From positions 27,838,001-27,902,000 of the forward strand of contig OZ024750.1 in assembly GCA_964016885.1 (NCBI GenBank): 64,000 nt of DNA, in the 5' to 3' direction. A model generated the notes under the pieces. The model saw nothing but the letters and a program-made list of their open reading frames with translations. It was not told the origin of the DNA and made no database searches. This DNA is from Eledone cirrhosa (lineage: Eukaryota). A program made the translations under genes and the position numbers. Shown here in pieces: positions 57,256 to 64,000 of the stretch (position 1 is the stretch's first letter; the number at the start of each line of letters is the position of its first letter).

Positions 57256-58219
57256 AATAAACAACACCAACTCAATTAGTCTTCAAATACTTCCTTTTTA
57301 GATGTATTTAATTTTGATGTGTGAGAATTTTCTTTGGGTTTTACAAACCTGTGAAAAACGTTTACAAATAAAATCCTAATATTGTTTTCAAAGTGTTCAT
57401 ATTACTGATCTTGACAATAAACATATATACATGAACAATACAAAAACGACCTTTGACACTTGCTAGATACATAACATCTCCACATAAGTCCATTCCAGAC
57501 ATTCGTCTCTCTTCCTCTCAACCAATCTATTGTGTCTCTTCTCTCACCGACTCGTATTAACCATTTCACCCTAATCTTCCTCTCTACATAGGTCGCCGCA
57601 TTCGATTTCCTTTCCAACCATAGTTTTTTTTGCTTTGTTTTTCTCTATGCAGATATCTACTTACAGAGGTTAAAATGTTAACGTCAACCACATCACCCTT
57701 ACTAGTCTCAGAGAGTATGTGATGGACATAGGCATTACGCCGTCCTTATTGACTAAAACGTTTAACAAATAATTCCAAATCTTTTGAAGAGATTATAGGA
57801 TCCTAGCCAAGATCATTTTTTTTTATCAATGTTGACTTGAAGCTAATCAACAGCAACATTAAATTTCTGAACGTATTTAAATTTCTTGTTAATGACATCG
57901 CCTCTGCTGTTTATTGAAATAAGATTACCCTTCGTTCTTTCCACAATTCTCTTCACCTGTGTAGAGTAGTTAAACACTTGCCAGAAGATAGGCTCTCGCT
58001 TCTCCAGAGTTCTCTATACTGTGTAGAGTAGTTAAACACCCACCTGAAGACTCTCTCTCGCTTCTCCACAGTTGTCTATACTATGTAGAGTAGTTAAACA
58101 CCTACCTCTTCGCCGAGGTTATCTTTGCCTTACAGAGTCGATAAAATAAAGTACCAGTCAAGCACTGGGGTCGATCTAAACGACTTCCTTCTTTTTCTTT
58201 TTTTCCTTTTTTTCTTCGC

Positions 58220-58460
58220 CCACTTATTCCTGAGGGGTTGTGAGTAAAGAGTCTTCATACACTCCTTCCAGCGGGGCCTGTCAAAAGCAACCGTTTCCTA
58301 CTAATCCGACTGGATCTCCAAGCGAGAGCAGATAAGCTCATGAATGTTATCGAACTATCTTGCTCGGGGTCTACCCTTGGGTTTCCTGCCAGCTGGTTTT
58401 GCCCGTAAAACCTGTAACAACGGCAATTCTTTCCTGAGACATTCTAACCTTATGCCCTTT
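58220..58460 (-). mobile_element. RTE 3' fragment (same family as 22600-22925)
   Basis: Shared ggttttgcccgtaaa, aagctcatg.atgttatc and cactcc.tccagcggg. Confidence 0.7.
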
Positions 58461-58989
58461 TTTACCAATTGAATCTTTTGGAGCGACGTGAAATAATGTA
58501 TATTTCTCAATGACACAACGCACCACTTAATCCGGAAATCGAACTCACGACCATAAATACAACATTGTAACCATTAAGCCACGCTTCTTCACTTATTGAG
58601 GAATGAACAAATTGTAATTAAATAAAAGATGTTCCCGAAAAAAATATGTAATTTTTCTACATTTGTGTTCTTTCTCCTTTTCCGTCTTTTTAAAATGAAG
58701 TCTGTGTCTGTATTTTTGTTTTGTGTGTAATTCTTGTGTTCCCTTTATTTAATTACACGGTTAAAACAATCTATAAATAGCCAGGTTGTAGTTGTAACAG
58801 TTGTTGCAGTGAATACATTTAATAGATAAATAAATATACAGAGTAAATAAATAAATGGTTTCTTCTTGACTGATTAAGTTCTTGTTGTTGTTTTTGTTAT
58901 TAGTTTCATCGTGGGTGGCATGGATTTTTAGTTGATGTCTTAAACGTTATTGCTGTTTGTGTGGTATTTTTTGGCACTACCTTGTTGCT

Positions 58990-60445
58990 AGTGTGTGTGT
59001 GTATGTGTACGGGTGTGTGTGTGTGTACGTTTTCTGTGTGTTTTTATTTCTTTTTCTGAGTGCGTGTCCGTGTGTGTGTGTGCACACGTATTTTGTGTAT
59101 CTGTGTATCCGTGTGTGTGCACACGTTTTTTGTGTATATGTGTGTGTGTACGCTTTGTGTGTCTGTGTGAGTTTGTACGTGTGTACGTTTTTGTGTGTAT
59201 ATGTAGATGTGTCCGTGTGTGTGTGTGTGTGTGCGTTTTGTGTGTTTGTACGTGTGTACGTTTGTGTGTGTGTATGTACATGTGTGTGTGTGTGGGGGTG
59301 TTTGTAGTGTTTGTATGTGCGGGTGTGTACATGTTTGTGTGCCTGTGTATATGTACATGTGTATGTGTGTGTGACCTGTATATAGTTAATGTATATGTGT
59401 GTGACGTGTGTATAGTTATTGTATATGTGTGTGTGTGTGACGTGTGTATAGTTATTGTATATGTGTGTGTGACGCGTGTATAGTTATTGTATATGTGTGT
59501 GTGATGCGTGTATAGTTATTGTATATGTGTGTGTGATGCGTGTATAGTTATTGTATATGTGTGTGTGTAACGTGTGTATAGTTAATGTATATATACATGT
59601 GACGTGTGTATAGTTAATATATATACGTGTGACGTGTGTTTATCATGTGTGTATATTTAATGTGTATCTGTGATATGTGTATATGTGGTGTATATATATT
59701 TATTTAGTGTATATGTGTGTATAGTTAATGTGTATATGTGGTGTATATATATATTTAGTGTATATATGTGTATAGTTAAAGTGTATATGTGGTGTATATA
59801 TATTTAGTGTATATATCTGTATAGTTAATGTGTATATGTGGTGTATATATATTTAGTGTATATATATGTGTATAGTTAATGTGTATATGTGGTGTGTATA
59901 GTTAATGTGTATATGTGGTGTATATATATTTAGTGTATATATATGTGTATAGTTAATGTGTATATGTGGTGTATATGTGTTTGTGGTGTAAAACTATATG
60001 TAGTGTCTCTATATATATTTTACTTTGTGTATATGTGCTATGTGTAGAGTTAGTGTATATATGTCTGTATATGTGCTATGTGTAGAGTTAGTGTATATGT
60101 GTCTGTATATGTGCTATGTGTAGAGTTAGTGTATATATGTCTGTATATTCGGTATGTGTAGAGTTAGTGTATATATGTCTGTATATTCGGTATGTGTAGA
60201 GTTAGTGTATATATGTCTGTATATGTGCTATGTGTAGAGTTAGTGTATATATGTCTGTATATTCGGTATGTGTAGAGTTAGTGTATATATGTCTGTATAT
60301 GTACTATGTGTAGAGTTAGCACATATACAGACATATATACACTATGTGTAGAGTTAGCACATATACAGACATATATACACTATGTGTAGAGTTAGTGTAT
60401 ATATGTCTGTATATTCGGTATGTGTAGAGTTAGTGTATATATGGT
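58990..60445. repeat. GT/TA-derived minisatellite field ending in a 38 bp array (60030-60445)
   Basis: Unit tgtatatgtgctatgtgtagagttagtgtatatatgtc. Confidence 0.9.
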
Positions 60446-60832
60446 GTGAGTATATATATCTGTGTGTATAGTGAGTGTATATGGTCATGGCTGGATTGCC
60501 TCAGTATAAAGAGATACATTAGACAACCTACAATATTCAAGAGGATTTGCAAGACTAAAGATATTTATTCCATTTTGTCAGGTGTCAACAGACTCGCAAT
60601 TCTATCTTCCATTTTTTTGTTTCGATGCATTAAACCCAACATGCTATGATGGTTTCTGATTCAGGCACAAAGTCAGCAGCATTGGGGGGAGGAGGGAAAG
60701 TCGATTAGAAAGAGAGACATAGAGAGAGGGAGAGGAGAAGGAGAATGGAAGAGAGATGGCGGTGCTTTCGTGTACATATATATATGTGAATGTATGTGTA
60801 TATGTGTCTATGACCATTGCATATAGATCCCA

Positions 60833-60939
<107 letters not shown>

Positions 60940-60963
60940 TTACGTATATATATAGGCCTTCCA

Positions 60964-61272
60964 GTTTCATTTCACATTATATACATGTGAATTGGCAGTA
61001 GAGGGTTGGACGCCATGCTTTCTAGCATAGTTACGTCCCTTTACAGTCTGAGTTCAAATCCCACCGAGGTTAACTTTGCCTTTCATCCTTACGGGGTCGA
61101 TAAAATAAAATACCAGTAATGTACTGGGTAATTGCTGGCCTTGTGCCTAAAGTAGAAACAATTATATACATGTGTTTCAAGGGAACAATTATATAACATT
61201 ATTTTCAAGGGAACATGATTTTTGAAAAATATTTTGAAGGGAACGTGACCCAACGGGTCACGGGTGATCTAG
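60964..61272 (+). mobile_element. Helitron 3' fragment with a nested SINE-A (60990-61160; TSD attatatacatgtg)
   Basis: Hairpin cgtgaccc aac gggtcacg followed by ggtgat CTAG; flanks match 42960-43076. Confidence 0.75.
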
Positions 61273-62354
61273 TTATATATACCCCCCCCCCCCAAATATC
61301 AATGTGATTGGCGTTAGGTTTATTTCCAGGTCATTCTAATGATGTGACCTTGATTCTTTAAACGTTATTCTTGCACAGTCTTTGCTCTCTCACATGAAGT
61401 ACCATAGTGCGTTACTGTGTTGTATCCCTGTTTGCGCAAACACGTATATATAAAAGAACGTATATACATATGTATGTATCTATATGTGTGTGTGTGTGTG
61501 TGTGAAAAAGTGTGTGCTCACAAACACACTCTCATGCCTACGTAAATATAGCGCACATCTGAGGGATGGAGAGAGAGAGAGAAAGAAGGAGAGGGCGAAG
61601 GAGAGAAGCGTAGGGGGAGTAGGGAGGGGGAGAGAGAGAGGGAGGAGAGAAGCGTAGGAGGGAGAGAAGGAGAGAAAGATAAGGAAAATGAGGAGAGGAA
61701 GAGGGGGAGAGAGAGAGGAAGGAGAGAAGCGTAGGGGAGAGAGGGAGAGAAGGAGGAGAGAAAGAGAAGAAAATGAGAAGGAGAGAGAGAAGGAGAAAGA
61801 GAAGGAGAGAGAACGAAAATGAGACGGAGAGAGAGAGAGAGAGAGACGGGGTGACAGAGTGAAACGTAGATATTAAGATATGCATGTATACTTTCGGTTT
61901 GTATATTTTGCTTGGCCGTTTTTACATACGTAGAAACACGTGTTCCCTTTCTTATCTAATTTTCTCTGTATTGATACAACTGAGCCAACATTTCTACACG
62001 ACTAGTTGAGGGCAAACACAATTAAGTGTAAACAGCACATGTGAGCCAATCCGATACAAATTAATAGAATGATCCTCCATCAGTTTTGACGATGTATATC
62101 CCAGTTTTTCGATCAACGGGAAAGCCTGCTTGTGAATTGAACTGCCAAGGGGCAGACCATTCAAAAGATATGTATACTCTTTATGCAAATTCTCAAGAAA
62201 TTCGTGGTCCGATTTACGCGAAACTTGTTTTACTCCATTTGTATTCCCATTTCAGGGGCAACTTCCTTTCAAAGTATTTTCCCATTATGCGCCCTTTTGG
62301 CTGTATTACATTACAGACAAGCAAGCAACCGCAGGCATTTAGTAATATCTAGAG

Positions 62355-62680
62355 GATTTCTTCTATAGGCACAAGGCCAGTAATATGGGGGCAGGGGAAT
62401 GTCGATTAAATCGACCCCAGTGCATTACTGGTACTTTATTTTATCGACCCCGTAAAGATGAAAGGCAAAGTTAACCTCGGCGGGATTTGAACTCAGACCG
62501 CAAAGGTTCACAAACTCTATGCTGCAACACATGGCGTCCAGCCCTCTACCGATACTGCCAATCCACCGCCCTTTGGGGCAATATATGATTGTTTCTACTT
62601 TTGGCACAAGGCCAGCAATTATCCAGTACATTACTGGTACTTTATTTTATCGACCTCGTAAGGATGAAAGGCAAAGTTAA
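62355..62680 (-). mobile_element. Two SINE-A copies (long form and a truncated short form)
   Basis: Consensus match. Confidence 0.9.
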
Positions 62681-63061
62681 ATATGTTTGCATGCAAACAA
62701 GGATACTGGGCAAATCATATTAGTAGAAGATATTAATGAAATAGGGATTAATGAGTATTCAAAGTAATATTTCCTGGCTCTTATGTCCAGCATGGCTTAA
62801 CGTATGTAAGGTTTTCAAGACGAACCGTGGAGATACAAATTACTGATGTCTACTGAAATTAATAGATAGTTCAATACGAGGATTAAACACATTTTTTTTT
62901 TCATTTTACGAGATGTTACATACCTAAATGTTTGGCCATGCCTATGTAATAACATATATATATATATATAATATTAAAGATACAATTTATAGTTATGTAT
63001 ATACTAAACTATAAACAACTATAAACTGGGAAGGTGAGTAATGTATTACTGCCTTAATACT

Positions 63062-63106
63062 GCTCCGAGGACTCCAAGCTTAAGTTTGGAAGAAACAATT
63101 GTCAGC
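63062..63106 (+). ncRNA. Variant-core hammerhead (family F)
   Basis: gct CCGAGGA c tccaagc ttaa gtttgga a GAAA caattg TC agc. Confidence 0.6.
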
Positions 63107-63172
63107 GATTAAATGTTTTAAACTTAACTTTGATACTTGCGTAATCTCTCTCTACCTCTTTCTCTCTCTCTA

Positions 63173-63222
<50 letters not shown>

Positions 63223-63368
63223 TTTTGAGTATATGTTGGTTGTATACCAACACCTCAGTATGCAGGCTGGAGCACTCGACGAAGTGCGCAGGTTGGTTTG
63301 GTTACTCCGGAGTAGTGTAAAATAAAGTTAAATAAAAGTCAAATGATTAAAATTTAGCTTCGTTTATT

Positions 63369-63423
63369 ACTGCTATATATATTTCAGTGACAGCCATCTT
63401 TGGCTGTGACCTCTTCAGGCAGT
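63369..63423 (-). ncRNA. Type I hammerhead (family D)
   Basis: Reverse complement: actgc CTGAAGA ggt c acagcca aaga tggctgt c act GAAA tatata TA gcagt. Confidence 0.8.
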
Positions 63424-63817
63424 TTGAATTAGTATGGTATAGACAAGTACATATGTTGTTTAGGTGCATATTATTGTCAATACTCTGATATGCCCAGTTC
63501 CTTGTTGGGTTGTTAATTCACTGAGGAACTGGAGTCATATGACTCCAGTTCGGATGCTACAGTATCTTTCTTGATTGCCTATTATAACATAGTGTAGCAA
63601 TAATGGACTGAAACTCTGATGAAACAATTGTTAATACGTGGATTAAATTCTTTTGTAACTGTTTACCTTCGTCCTATTTCTCTTCTCTGATTACACTCCT
63701 CGTTTGTTCGTGTTTCCACTACAGAATCCCTACCAACCTGTCGAGTCACCTTAACGTATGTTAAGAACTTTCCTCACAACTTGTTCTACCAAGCTTTGGA
63801 ATACTCCTAATAACTGA

Positions 63818-63863
<46 letters not shown>

Positions 63864-64000
63864 ACATACACATACATATGCTTGGTGGTCACCGATCTGT
63901 CCAGCTCGTTTGTTTACCAGCATATCATGAGAGAATTATACATCACGTATGTATTTTGACTGAAGAGGACATGTTTTGCTTTATGTTATTCATAAAACTT

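Noticed and set aside
57955-58105. About 63 bp tandem repeat containing CTGAAGA
   Set aside because: No GAAA or helix III in register, so it cannot be called a ribozyme.
63950-64000. CTGAAGA motif at the window edge
   Set aside because: The 3' half is outside the window and cannot be assessed.

Overview
AT-rich, repeat-dense eukaryotic non-coding DNA. The SINE sequences and extreme (TA)n/(CA)n microsatellite load suggest an octopod cephalopod (inference). I found no convincing host protein-coding gene: almost every ORF in the supplied track is a translated microsatellite. The window contains about 30 full or partial copies of one tRNA-derived SINE (many with clear TSDs), CORE-type SINEs, decayed non-LTR fragments (CR1-like, RTE, R4/Dong-like RLE, CRE-like, Penelope-like RT), two hAT-type MITE families, a non-autonomous Helitron and several minisatellites. 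The standout is a dense population of minimal type I hammerhead ribozymes (CUGANGA...GAAA, palindromic helix III, NUH site). The best example is a 2.7 kb array at 15828-18565 of apparently identical 310 bp units, each with one hammerhead, in two divergent arms inside a (TA)n tract. This is the architecture expected of a retrozyme or Penelope pLTR concatemer that yields 310-nt self-cleaved, possibly circular, RNAs. At least eight other hammerhead families, often as fold-back pairs next to (TA)n, are scattered through the window. All alignments, folds and coordinates were done by eye, element edges are approximate, and no database searches were run.
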